Source of the DNA: Octopus vulgaris | Taxonomy: Eukaryota | DNA: 64,000 nt | Direction of reading: 5' to 3' | Assembly (NCBI GenBank): GCA_951406725.2 | Contig: OX597820.1 | Location: forward strand, 61,690,001 to 61,754,000 | Shown: piece after piece, positions 42,670-56,061 of the stretch | Numbering within the stretch: position 1 is the first letter of the stretch | How the letters are laid out: each line of letters starts with the position of its first letter | The notes under the pieces: model-generated | Told to the model about the DNA's origin: nothing | Databases searched by the model: none | The model's input: only the letters and a program-made list of their open reading frames with translations | Made by a program: the position numbers and the translations under genes

Positions 42670-43250
42670 GGCTTTTGGGATAGGTCCATTAGATCGACCT
42701 CAATGCTCAACTCGCACTTATTTTACCGATCACGAAAGAATGAAAAGCAAAGTCGACCTCGGCGGAATTTGAAATCAGAACGTAAAGACAGACAAAATAT
42801 TTATATTTTTACTACCCACAACGGGCTAAACACAGAGGGGGACAAACAAGGACAGACAAACGGATTAAGTCGATTTCATCGACCCCAGTGCGCAACTGGT
42901 ACTTATTTAATCGGCCCCGAAAGGATGAAAGGCAAAGTCGACCTCGGCGGAATTTGAACTCAGAACGTAACGGCAGACAAAATACCGCTAAGCATTTCGC
43001 TCGGCGTGCTAACGGTTCTTATTTCTTTATTGTCACAAGGGGCTAAACATAGAGGGGACAAGCAAGGACAGACAAACGGGTTAAGTCGATTATATCGACC
43101 CCAGTGCGTAACTGGTACTTAATTTATGGACCCCGAAAGGATGAAAGGAAAAGTCGGCCTCAGCGGAATCTGAACTCAGAACGTAGCGGCAGACAAAACA
43201 CCGCTAAGCATTTCGCCCGGTGTGTTAACGTTTTTGCCAGCTCGCCGCCT
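42670..43250 (-). mobile_element. SINE family A head-to-tail trimer
   Basis: Three bodies aaagtcgacctcggcggaatttgaa; single complete head at 43250. Confidence 0.88.
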
Positions 43251-44160
43251 TATACAGTTCGTATATTGCCAACACACAAGTATATCTGAGTGTATGTGCG
43301 TGCAGTCGTTTGTGTGCATGTGTGTGTGTGTGTGCAGTCGCTTGTGTGCATGTATGTATGTGCAGTCGCTTGTGTGCATGTGAGTGTATGTGTGTATATG
43401 TGAGTGTGCGTGAGTGCGTGTGCAGTCGCTTGTGTGCATATGTGCATAGACAAAATACATAGACAATTTCATTACAGAAGATATACAATTTGCGAAAGAG
43501 TATCAGAGTCTTCCGGACTTATCTATATGAATTTGAGGGTAGACTGGTAGAATCAGCAGGGTGTAGGACAAACTACTCCATGTTATCTTAGTTACTTCCG
43601 GGACTGATAACATGCATGCCAGCCGAATATTGAGCCTCTGTAATCAACTGTTCATCCTCTTTCGCTTCACGCAAAATATAGCTTTGTGTCTATGTCAGAA
43701 ATCAATGTGATCTAATGCCTTAGAGTCTGGCAAATAATTTTGTTCTCCCACTTTTATTTTATCTGACAATCTCTCAGTCCCCTATGCTTTCTCGCACGCA
43801 GTACATGTCAGTGAGTATGTGTGTATATGTCTATATACACCCATACTTATACACGTATACACACACATACATACATGCATACAAACACACGTTTGTACAT
43901 ACACACACGAGTGTGAATGTACATGTGCGTGCACGCGTGAGTGTGTGTGTGTGTATGCATACACAGGAGTGCACAAGCAGAAAAAACATTTCAGGCGAAT
44001 CTTTGAAGTTACTGTCAACTTAGAAAGATATATATCATTGTATTCCACATATTGAGTTCAATGTTATTTGGTTTTATATATAAATAAAAGAAACCCCATC
44101 GATATCGATATGTGTACTATATAATATGATATAATATGATATAATACAATATGATATATG

Positions 44161-44458
44161 TGAAGGCGTGTAGCTTAGTGGTTAGGGAATTCGACTCACG
44201 ATCGATAGTTCGTGAGTTCAATTCCCGGTGGTGCGTTGTGTCCTTGAGCAAGACACTTTATTTCACGCTGCTCCAGTCCACACTGCTGGCAAAAATGAGT
44301 AGTATATATATTTCAAGGGGACAACCTTGTCACACTCTGTGTCACGCTGAGTCTCCCTGAGAAGTATGTGAAGGGGTTGCACGTTAATCTCACGAGTAAG
44401 ATGTTCTGTTGATCGGATCAACTGGAACACTCGTCGTCGTAAACGACGGAGTGCCAGT
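44161..44458 (+). mobile_element. tRNA-derived CORE-type SINE
   Basis: tagcttagtggttagg (A box), gagttcaattccc (B box), tgtgtccttgagcaagacacttta (CORE-like), 3' hairpin actcgtcgtcgtaaacgacggagt. Confidence 0.8.
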
Positions 44459-44509
44459 AAAATAATATAATATGATACAATCTAATATGATATAATAGAT
44501 ATATTTAGG

Positions 44510-44726
44510 TGAGTGGGTGCTGAAAAGTTTCTGGTTTTAAGGGTGTTACGAAAAGCCTGGTTGGAGGCCCAACTTTCCGAGTTATTTTACAGGCCTTAGT
44601 AAAACTGAAGGACCGGTGCAATAAGTGTGTGAATTCGAGAGGAGAATATGTTGCATAAAATCATAATTAACTGATACTCGTGCATTTTCTATTATCCAAA
44701 GCGAGGAATTTTTCAGCATTCCCTCA
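44510..44726 (+). mobile_element. Mariner-derived MITE
   Basis: TIRs gagtgggtgctgaaaagtttctgg and gcgaggaatttttcagcattccctc; retains the transposase tail KLKDRCNKCVNSRGEYVA*. Confidence 0.75.
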
Positions 44727-44817
44727 TGCATTTATATATATATATATATACCCCCACACACAAATATATACATACATACATACACACACATACACACACA
44801 CACACACACACAGACAC

Positions 44818-44869
<52 letters not shown>

Positions 44870-44872
<3 letters not shown>

Positions 44873-45087
44873 AAATCCCCAAAAAGAAGCACAAACACAC
44901 AAAAAAAACAAACAAAAAAACAACGCGGGGACGTGGTACATGTAAAGTATTAGCATACGCTCAGGGAAGGAAAGAAAGATGGTTTAACGTTTCGAGCAAC
45001 GTTCTTTTTCAGAAACAGAGGAAAGTCCAATAGAAAGGAAGACGGAGGAAGAAAATCGCCGACGATTTACATGTGTTTACATTTAGA
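44870..45087 (-). mobile_element. Short Penelope-terminal-repeat-like element with a decayed hammerhead motif; related plus-strand copy at about 10003-10100
   Basis: Minus gttt-CTGAAaA-agaacgttgctc-GAAAC-GTT-aaac, then ctgagcgtatgctaatac shared with 10048-10070. Confidence 0.5.
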
Positions 45088-45124
45088 TATGTATATACAC
45101 ATATACATATACACACATATATAC

Positions 45125-45210
<86 letters not shown>

Positions 45211-45231
45211 ATATATATATATATATATATA

Positions 45232-45270
<39 letters not shown>

Positions 45271-45292
45271 ATATATATATATATATATATAT

Positions 45293-45956
<664 letters not shown>

Positions 45957-46053
45957 TATCGCACCTACAACCAACACGCATAAGTACAAATTCGCGTGCA
46001 AGTAGGTATGTGTCTCTCTGTGTGAGGGCTTCATGTGTATATGTGAGTGTTTT

Positions 46054-46112
<59 letters not shown>

Positions 46113-48289
46113 ATGTGTGTGTGCGTGTGTGTGTGTGTATAGAAGTATTTACGCGCTTGTCTTTACCATCGATTTACCCTATCCATGAATTATTTTATGT
46201 CTGGTTGTTTTGAAGATTTCGATTGAAACAGAACACACGTAGCCCTCCACCCACGTGCACACTCCCTCCCCCCACACGGACACACTCAAACACACACTTA
46301 AAGAAACTTACACACATACTTATATATTCACACGCATGCAAACACACATTATTAATGTCTTACACTCACCCCTAGAAGAAAAAGTTATTTATTTCCTAGA
46401 ATGAAAAACAACAACAAAATGGTTGGCCTTTATTTCTCCATGTATCTAAACTCAGGCGATTTTAATAGGGATTCCCCTTCAGTTGTTATTAGACACTGTT
46501 ATATTCGAACTAGTGTTCTTGTCTTGTCTGTTATCGAGTGAATGTTTCCAATGTTGTGCTCTCTGCCCTTCTTTAGATGGCTGTTGCATTTGGTAACGTT
46601 CGAATCGAAACATTTCTTTTATGAAATTTACACGGTTAGATTGTCATTCCGTTTGGCCATTACAAGGATATTGCTCTTGCCTCTTGAATCGGAATATGTA
46701 TTGTTTTACTAATCCAAGGATCAATCTCACGTCCATTCGTTGAGTCATTTGTATTCGATTCGAACTTACGAGAACGTTATGAAATACGACAGGTACGCAA
46801 AGAAGGCTGGATGATACATCGACCGAAACGTCGTACCTATAACAACGAAATGAGGACAGTAGTCCAAATATATCTGAATAATAATGATAGTTCCTTATTT
46901 CAGAAAGTCAAACAAAATTTATCAATTATTGATGCTGTTAATTACTCTATGGCAGCTAAGACTGAGCAGACTTATGATCAAAGGAGGCAACAAGATAAGT
47001 ATGTATGGGTAGGAAAATCCTTAAACCTTTAGGGACAATCAGAAAATTGAAAGGCAGAAGTTGTGGAAGATATAGACAGCAGATACTCGTTAGCTTAACC
47101 TGTTGACTACAGAAAGGCTAACGCAATACCTCGGTAGGGTATGTGTGGGACAGGAGAGGATGAAGGTCCATGATCGCTGACGCCTGTCGGCATGGCACAT
47201 GAAATATGACCAAAAGCATTCCAGTTATAATCATCTTATCTTTACAAAACGCAAACACGGTGTATCTAAGACTACATTCACTAGTGTAAGCATTTTGAAC
47301 GAGGGAGATTGGCTACTGTTCCTAGCAGATCGAGTAACTTTGTAGACGCTTCCTGCTTGGCTTCTATCGTGATTTTTATTGTTATCTAGCCTTCAGGTAA
47401 GTGCTGATCGAACAGAACAATGCTGAAAATTGTTCCAGCTATAATTATCGCATTCACACGATGTATATCTGTTTATTTCGAACTCACAGGTTCATTAAGC
47501 CGCAGTTTATCCCGGTTTCTTAGTTGTTAAGCGATTGAACGTATGAGATTCCCTCACTCTCCAGAACAGGAAACCAGCTACTTTTGGTATTCATTTCCAG
47601 TGAAGTGGATTGGAGTAACATGAAACGAAGAGTCTTGCTCAAGAATATAACGGCGTATTTACGGACCTCTCGATCATGATCTGTATTATTCTGCATAATT
47701 CTGTATGCTTTTTCTTTTTACTAAGACACAAGTGTATAATTCAAAGAAAGTTTTAGCTGCTTTGTCTTGCACGTCGAACGACAACGTTGAGGTCGCTTGA
47801 CACCCAGCCACAAGTTTTGTTATTTAGAACACTTTAATGGTGAACTAAATCCTTGAGTACTTAAACAATGTTTGCATAATTATTGTGATTCAAGCTATCT
47901 TGACAATCAAAACATTAATATCTAATTTGAAAATAATTAATCAACTAACTAATTATTAAACGGAGCAAAAAAATATAAATGATAGAAAAGATACAAAAAC
48001 TACGTTGATGAAAACTAATCCAGCTAACTGATGATTAATTCTTTGCGTTCGTAATTTTTATTGCAGTCAACTGATGATGACGTTAAAAGGAGATAGCATC
48101 AAATATCACTGTGCATCTTTTTGTGCTGCTGTTTGTTTTCTTCGCTGCTGTTGGTGTTTTTGTAGTAGTTATCTTTCTTCAATTCCCACTTCACTACTGA
48201 TCGAGAAGACCTGCGATCAAAGTCATGATTATCCATCCGTAACCATCCAGTCTTATTGAGGAGATATCTAGGAATAGTTTATGGAATGT

Positions 48290-48675
48290 GTCATATCATT
48301 AAATAAGACGATAGAATATGATATGTAATATTATATATGTCCTACCTTTATATAAGACGATAGGATATGATGTGTAATATTATTATATATGTCATATCAT
48401 GAAATAAGACGATAGGATATATGTAATATCATTATATATGTCATATCATTATATAAGACGATAGGATATGATGTGTAATATTATATATGTCATATCATTA
48501 AAAAAACGATAGGATATGATATGTAATATTATATAAGTCATATCATTAAATAAGACGATAGGATATGATATGTAATATTATTTATGTCATACCATTGTAT
48601 AAGCCATAGAATATGATGTGTAATATCATTATATATGTCATATCATTAAATAAGACGATAGGATATGATTTGTAA
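48290..48675. repeat. About 49-bp AT-rich minisatellite, 8 copies
   Basis: gtcatatcattaaataagacgataggatatgatatgtaatattatatat and variants. Confidence 0.9.
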
Positions 48676-48771
48676 GAGATTTGATTCGTATTTTCAAGCA
48701 GATCAACGAGCACATAAAAACTCTGAGGTTGTCTCGTACTGTTTGTTGAGCACTTTAATGTCTCCTTCCCT

Positions 48772-48843
<72 letters not shown>

Positions 48844-49483
48844 TCAGTGCTTAATAGATATAAACACGCACAAAAAGTTATGTACGTAGTATATTTAAAA
48901 AAAAAAAAAATTGCGTATACATATATGCCTGCTAGTTTTGTCTGAAGAGGAAATTTAAAGGGTGTTTTCGCTCCCTCTGCTTGAAGTAACAGTTAAATCT
49001 CTCTGTAACCACGCGGTCCCTTTTAAAAGTGGGTGGACATAAATATCCTTGATTATGCACTCCTGTATATAAACTATATTTTAAATAAATGATTAGATTG
49101 TTATAACTGGATTGTTATTGCAGGATTAGTTACTTTCTACCGGCCGAGTGAACTGGAGTAGCGTGAAGTGACGCATTTTGCTGTTGAATGTGAATACTTG
49201 TTGCGAGAATGACGTACCATCTGAATCTGAAGAGAAAGGCCATTAAAGGAACGTTTTTGAAATACATGGTGATTCCTTGAAATCCCTTGGTGATCGTTTG
49301 GTTCAATATTTGGAATAACTCCAAAGGTTTCACTTCTGTACTGCTCATGATCAAGGCGTGTTTGGCACGATGACGTCTGAAATATACATGTGAGTGTGTA
49401 TGTATGTATGTATGTATGTATGTATGTATGTATGTATGTATGTATGTATGTATGTATGTATGTGTGCGTGAGTGCATGCTTGT

Positions 49484-49712
49484 TATTTCTTTATTGCCCA
49501 CAAGGGGCTACATACAGAGGGGACAAACAAAGACAGACAAATGGATTAAGTCGATTATATCGACCCCAGTGCGTGACTGGTATTTATTTAATCGACCCCG
49601 AAAGGATGAAAGGCAAAGTGGACCTCGGTGGAATTTGAACTCAGAACGTAGCGGCAGACGAAATACTGCTAAGCATTTCGCCCGGTGTGCTAACGTTTCT
49701 GCCAGCTCGCCG
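49484..49712 (-). mobile_element. SINE family A monomer with TSD
   Basis: Full head and tail; gtgagtgcatg(c/t)ttgt on both sides. Confidence 0.88.
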
Positions 49713-49813
49713 TGTGAGTGCATGTTTGTGTGAATGCGAATAGTATGTGTGCGTGTATGTGTGTGTATATATGTGTGTATGTGTGTGCCTGTTTATGTGA
49801 ATACAAGTACATA

Positions 49814-50657
49814 CATGGTCTAAGCAATAAGTATCAGGACTGTTGCTATAGTAACGAAGCTAAAGCACAGAGAATGAAGCCGCTTGGCACAGATTGACAT
49901 TGAACTCTGCTGTACATGCGCACAAAGCTTTAACGTTCGAGCACACTTCCGCTGTTTACAGCAGTGCTTGGAAGGAAGGTGTGTAGCGAGTGATCGTCGC
50001 ATTGACCATGGCACAGAAAGCTGAATAGAGAATCTGCATCAATTTTTGCCAAACGCTTATGGATACCTGCTGAGAGGCCTACGCAACGTTTTCAAAACCT
50101 TTTCATCTTTCTCGACGCAATGAAGAAGATCTTGTGCAACTGAAACTCGAGTGTCTTTTTGATCAGCAGGAAGCAGTTTTGGCACAAACTTAGCTGATAC
50201 ACATTTCATACCCAAATCTTCAGTGATAATGGACTGAACTGAACCGTAACTAATCTGCACATCCTTTGATAACTCACGGATAGTGATTTGACGATTTCCC
50301 CTCACAGCCGCACGCATATCTGCGTTGTTTTTCTCAGTTCGGCTGTTTTCGTGTCTCCCAGAACGTTCGTCAATATCGACATTTTCGGCCATCTTGGAAA
50401 CGTCTGAACCACACGAACACTTGTGTGCGGCTCATACACCCCTCTCCCATACACTTTCTGCAACTTTCCGTAGGCCCCTGAGCAACTATCACCATGACAA
50501 GCACTGCTGTAAACAGCGGAAGTGAGCTACGAGAACGTTAAAACTTAGAGCGCATGCACAGCAGAGTCCAAGGTCACTTTTTACCAAGCTGCTTTACTCT
50601 GCGTGCTTTAGCTTCGTTTCTATGGCAACAGTCCGGATACTTATTGATCAAACCTCG
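49814..50657. mobile_element. Non-autonomous mariner derivative made of two opposed 5' ends
   Basis: TA-flanked TIRs with about 165 bp inverted arms; plus arm MAQKAE*RICINFC; minus arm RSGR..ITIRELS..VSAKFVPKLL, stopping before the DDD domain. Confidence 0.85.
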
Positions 50658-51091
50658 TATGTGTGCATATGTGTGCATGTGTGTGTGCATATTTGTGTGA
50701 ATGCAAGTATTATGCGTGCGTGTGCGTGTGTGTGCGTGTGTGCGTGTGTGCGTGCATATGAGCGTCCGTGTGTGTGAATATTTATTTTCTTCGTCCTTTT
50801 GATTATTTCGCAAACGCTAAATTTATTCAGATTGTTGCGTTTGTTCATAGAGTTGCTATGACAGTTGTTATTGTTTTTCAGTCGTCTCATTAATCTTGAC
50901 ATTCGACAATAATCCAGCGATCCCATGATGCAACACCTCTTTAATCCTAGAAGCTTTACAATTCCGATGTGTGTCACAACAACGTGATTAGTACGAAATA
51001 ACAATCGGATATTCATTTGTTTCATCAGAAACTCACAGACAGAAAATTTATCTTCAAGTAGCAACAAGCACAATCATAAAAATGTTCTTTG

Positions 51092-51184
<93 letters not shown>

Positions 51185-51701
51185 GCCTTCCCTTTAGCCA
51201 TCCACTCGTTATTCCTCCCTATTTCTGCCTCTCTCTCTCCCTACACATACACACATACACACACGCACGCATACACACACACATACGTTCTTGCGCGTGC
51301 GCACAAACACAGAAAACAAAATTAGTTAAAAGATTGAAAGAATAACACAGAGAAAGGAAATAACACACTGGTATAACAAAATATCAGATTGGAATATTAG
51401 ACTAATAGAATAAAAGAAAGCAGTGAAGGATTAATAGAATAATGGTAGTTCAGAATAATAGTAGTTCAGAAGAATGCTATATAGAAATACTACTCGAATA
51501 CAAAAAGTAAAGGAATTTAAAAACCTCCTTCAGTCACCCGCTTTTTTCAAAATATCCAGTCGAATTAACCTTCATGTTGGTTTATTCTCTATATACTGGA
51601 TGTGAATTGTTATTGTTTTTAATATGGTTTTATGTAATCATACCCATTTAAAAGTAACCATAGTAAAAGTAACATAGTAACGAATAGGAAAAAAAAATAA
51701 A

Positions 51702-51851
51702 AAGACGCTTGAACCCAACAAACAAAGCAGACGAGGGTATTCTCTACAGGAAAAGATACATATGGTCAAGAAAATACGCGATGGTGGAAGCTTCGCTACT
51801 GTGGCTCACAAGTTTGATATCAATGAATCTATTATTTGTCCCATTTTCAAA
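51702..51851 (+). mobile_element. Tigger/pogo transposase N-terminal HTH fragment; the element may span about 51531-52209
   Basis: RRGYSLQEKIHMVKKIRDGGSFATVAHKFDINESIICPI matches the CENP-B/Tigger psq-type HTH pattern. Confidence 0.6.
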
Positions 51852-52562
51852 GTGACTGGAGATGATTCATTTATCGCTGTCTCTCTCTCTCTCACATGCA
51901 TATATTTTAATTATTAGTGACATCAGCGTTTGAAAAGATACTGAAATCCTATATATCATAGTAGCAAAATCTGACTGGCATGAGATGATCGGTGATTACC
52001 ATGGAGTTAGTCCAATACACCGAAATCACGTGATATGGGAATTTCGGCAACCATGACAGACGGCTATGTATGTGCTTTTATACACTAAGTGCCAAAATGA
52101 GACGTACATTGTTTTGTGGTACAATCAGAATCTTCGAGTGATCGCCGACCTGCCATATCGCAGATCAATCCGTGATAAGCGTAACTTGGTTTACAATTGA
52201 ACCTACTGTTTTATACAGAATCGATGATGAATGAGACAGTGATAAATATATATAAACACAGCGTCATATAAAATGACAGGTGTGTTCAATACGCACATAG
52301 CCTGTTATATTATTTCATATCACACGATACCAAATATCAGACAGTTCTATCGTACGCTTAATAGTAGAATTACTAGTACAGTCTTTCAATGGAAAACAAG
52401 CTTTGATACTTAACACGTGTATTCTATTGAAACAAATAACAAAGTTAATATTATTGTATACTAGTTTGCCTGAAATAACAAAATTTACTTAGTCACAGTG
52501 AAACTCAGTTTCGTGAAGCGGCCTTAGATCAAATCTCTTGCCAAAGAGAGATATACATATAC

Positions 52563-52645
<83 letters not shown>

Positions 52646-52732
52646 CATACATATACACGCTTATAAACATGCACGCATACATACATAATACATACATACA
52701 TACATACATACATACATACATACATACATACA

Positions 52733-52768
<36 letters not shown>

Positions 52769-52994
52769 TATATAAAATGTATGAGGGAAACGGAAAATGA
52801 AATTAGCAAAAATCTTGCAGACTCCATTTTCCGTTTCCCTCATTCATTATAAACTCAACAAACACTGCCGAATTCGTGCTGTAAATCCTGTAACAATTAT
52901 ATCATAACCGTGGATTACATCAGGTTGCCTAAACTGTGAGAGTGCTTTAATCGACATACTACTAAACACACATACTTAAAGTCTAAGTAATTAC

Positions 52995-53062
<68 letters not shown>

Positions 53063-53150
53063 CACACATATATATATATATAAATTTTTTTTTCAGAATG
53101 AGATAAAAAAACCAAGGCTGTGAAGATTTTAGAACATTTATAAATAGAAG

Positions 53151-53198
53151 GTCTTACAGCTGTTTCTACGATATTTATTATATCCCTTCATCCGAGAC
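53151..53198 (-). ncRNA. Minimal type I hammerhead ribozyme motif (one core mismatch) in a roughly 310-bp element between (TA)n tracts
   Basis: gtct-CgGATGA-agggatataataaatatcgta-GAAAC-agct-GTA-agac. Confidence 0.6.
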
Positions 53199-53843
53199 AG
53201 TGTGAGAAAATGGTTAAGGAATAGCTAATTTAGATAAGATAGAGAGTGAAGTGGAGGAATGAAAATAGATGTGAGATATGCAGGGATATTGCATTTGTAG
53301 ATCCATTATTTAGGCAGAATGGTATACCCTGTGAGTAAATTCCAATAGCATTTACTCTGCATAACCTGACACCTTTGGGTCTTATTGACACAATTACCTC
53401 TCATAACCTATATATATATACATACACATACACGTATATGCATAGATACACATAAATTCTCCGTATATGTGTATATAAGTGTGTCTGTATACATTATATT
53501 TGTGTCCCCAGTTTGAAATGTACGTCTTTGTCATTCAATATTGTATGCTGTAAAAATGCGTGCGTAAAAAAAAATATTTATAACAAAGTATGTGTGTGCT
53601 TTGCATGGCCTAAACTAGTGAGTAGAATTATATGGACGGAGAAACGATTAGAGTGTAAGAATGTAATATCACAGTGGGAATATAGACACATATACACACA
53701 CTCTCTCTCTCTCACACACACACAGATACACGTACACATGTATGCATGTATATATATATGAAGAAAAAGAAGCGGAGAGAATGAGAGAAAGAAAGAAAGA
53801 AAGAGAGAGGCAGGGAGAGAGAGAAGGAGAGAGAAGGAGAGAA

Positions 53844-53912
<69 letters not shown>

Positions 53913-54011
53913 ACATATAAAAAAGCGAACTGTGAGGGTCATAGAATATTCTTGAAGCACTTGCAGATATTCTGATAAAAGCGCGAGTAATAGAGAAAAG
54001 AATGAATAACA

Positions 54012-54061
<50 letters not shown>

Positions 54062-54496
54062 TACTACTACTACTACTATCATTATAATTGTTATTATTAC
54101 TATCATCATCATCATTATTATTACTTAATCATTTTTGTCTATTTTCTGTTCCTATTTGTTTCCCGTTATAAAAGAGTTTCATTACTATTAGCTTAAGAAA
54201 AGGTGAAGCCCTTATGAGGGACACGTTAAAGCTTTTGTCGGTAAAGTTAAAATAACAGCATGCAAGAAATAAGTACTGCAGGCTACACTTGAAAATAGGC
54301 ACGCACCTCCACCATAACACATTGTCTATATGTCCTCTTCCGCTTTTCTCTCTTTTTTTTTTTAATAAGAATTTGATCTAAGATGTTCGCACGTTGTCGA
54401 ATTATTCTGTCAAAAACCTTTGTCAGAAGATGCCGGTCTTTTATGAGGACATCAACAGAGACTCAGATGAACATATATACATATATATATATATAC

Positions 54497-54531
<35 letters not shown>

Positions 54532-54532
<1 letters not shown>

Positions 54533-54628
54533 GTGGATTAACTGTTGATTATATGTGGATTAACTGTTGTGGATTAACTGTGGATTAACTGTGGATTAAC
54601 TGTGGATCATATGTGGATTAACTGTTGA
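54532..54628 (+). repeat. Reiterated GTGGATTAACTG unit (6 full plus 1 partial) at the LINE 5' end
   Basis: Seen directly; core period 11 bp. Confidence 0.9.
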
Positions 54629-54936
54629 ACTGGACGGACGTCTATTTGTTTCTCTCCCGAGTCAGTAGCAAGCTACACAGCTTCAAAACTAACTGACCTT
54701 AAATATATATATATTTGTAACCACGTGTTTGCCTACAAACCCGTAAGTACGTTTTCATTTAACTACAAATTGTTATATACACCTGTTTTTCTTTTAATAT
54801 CCTCAAACAACCAAATAATCAAAAACTCACACCCTTAAGAGAGAACATTTATATATATATACACTTCTTTAACTCCCAAGAAAGAATATATATATTTTCA
54901 AAAATCAAAAGGAAAACAAACAAAAGAAAAACAAAC

Positions 54937-56061
54937 ATGACTAACTTGCAGGCCTGCAACAGACGAAATTGGTCTGATAACGAAATTGATGTTTTAATAA
55001 ACACATGGCTCTCTCTTTCCCAAACAGAAAATCTAAATGTCTTGTGTTTGAATGAGATTGCCGAAAAAACATCACAAGTGGTCAACACACGATCCGTCAA
55101 ACAGATTCGTAGCAAGTTGAAACATATCGAAGTATCTTTCAAACTGATAAGAGGCCATTATGAAAAGCTTCTACATATTTTCACAGTTCAAGAACAACAA
55201 CAGCTAGAAAATCAGCAGCCACAACAACAACAACAACAACAGAATGAGCCACTCCTGGTTCCCAACACAATGGCTGACCCTGACATCGGTCAGGCACAAC
55301 AACAACAACAACAGCCACAGCAACAAGAACAACAACAGCCACTCCTCAACTCTAGCTTACTAGACGATTCACTAAATGCCAGTATCTTTTCACCGCTCTC
55401 ACAGCAACCACCACAATTATCATCATCATCATCACCACCGCTGCCACCATCGTCTTCTATCACCAAAAATACCAACAGAAAACCAAATAAGAAACCACTG
55501 CCCTCTTCCCCCACATCACCACCTCAATACTACTGCAGTAACAAAAACTTAAAGAAACATAGGAAGCAGAATGCGCCCCCCACGGCACAAACAAGAAATC
55601 CCCAAATATGCCGCTATTCACTGCGCCAGAGACTCTGCACAAATAGTGACTGCATCTTCACGCATCTACCCGGCACTAGACGCACTACTGGCCAAGGCCA
55701 AAGCACGCATCCCACAATAACATCAACACCACCAAATAGTAAATCGAAATTCAAAACACACACAACTCGGAGTCCCAAAATCTGCCGGTATTCCCAACGT
55801 GAGAGAACATGTCTACTGAGTGACTGTCCCTTCACTCATCTTCCAGGGACCCGACGCACAAACAGAAACGGGGCCTCAAGCCAACACACAAACCTGAATA
55901 ACAATAAAAATAGAAACACACCATGCTGCAGTAATGCTGGTCCAGTCTTTTCAGGAAGACACAAAAACAACAACAACAAAAGTGGAAACTACAACCCTAT
56001 CCAACAGTGCAACCACACCTCCAGCCAAAAACTGCTCCCTAAGCAGGAAAATTCTTTTTAG
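54937..56061 (+). CDS. LINE ORF1: Myb/SANT-like N-terminus, Q/P/S-rich linker, two CCCH zinc fingers
   Basis: 374 aa; WSDNEIDVLINTW..EIAEK..RSVKQIRSKLKHI; CRYSLRQRLCTNSDCIFTH and CRYSQRERTCLLSDCPFTH (C-x8-C-x4-C-x3-H). Confidence 0.8.
   Translation: MTNLQACNRRNWSDNEIDVLINTWLSLSQTENLNVLCLNEIAEKTSQVVNTRSVKQIRSKLKHIEVSFKLIRGHYEKLLHIFTVQEQQQLENQQPQQQQQQQNEPLLVPNTMADPDIGQAQQQQQQPQQQEQQQPLLNSSLLDDSLNASIFSPLSQQPPQLSSSSSPPLPPSSSITKNTNRKPNKKPLPSSPTSPPQYYCSNKNLKKHRKQNAPPTAQTRNPQICRYSLRQRLCTNSDCIFTHLPGTRRTTGQGQSTHPTITSTPPNSKSKFKTHTTRSPKICRYSQRERTCLLSDCPFTHLPGTRRTNRNGASSQHTNLNNNKNRNTPCCSNAGPVFSGRHKNNNNKSGNYNPIQQCNHTSSQKLLPKQENSF

Noticed and set aside
48290-48675. CRISPR-like appearance of regularly spaced dyad repeats (also 27310-27454 and 54532-54628)
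   Set aside because: No unique spacers, no cas genes, eukaryotic context
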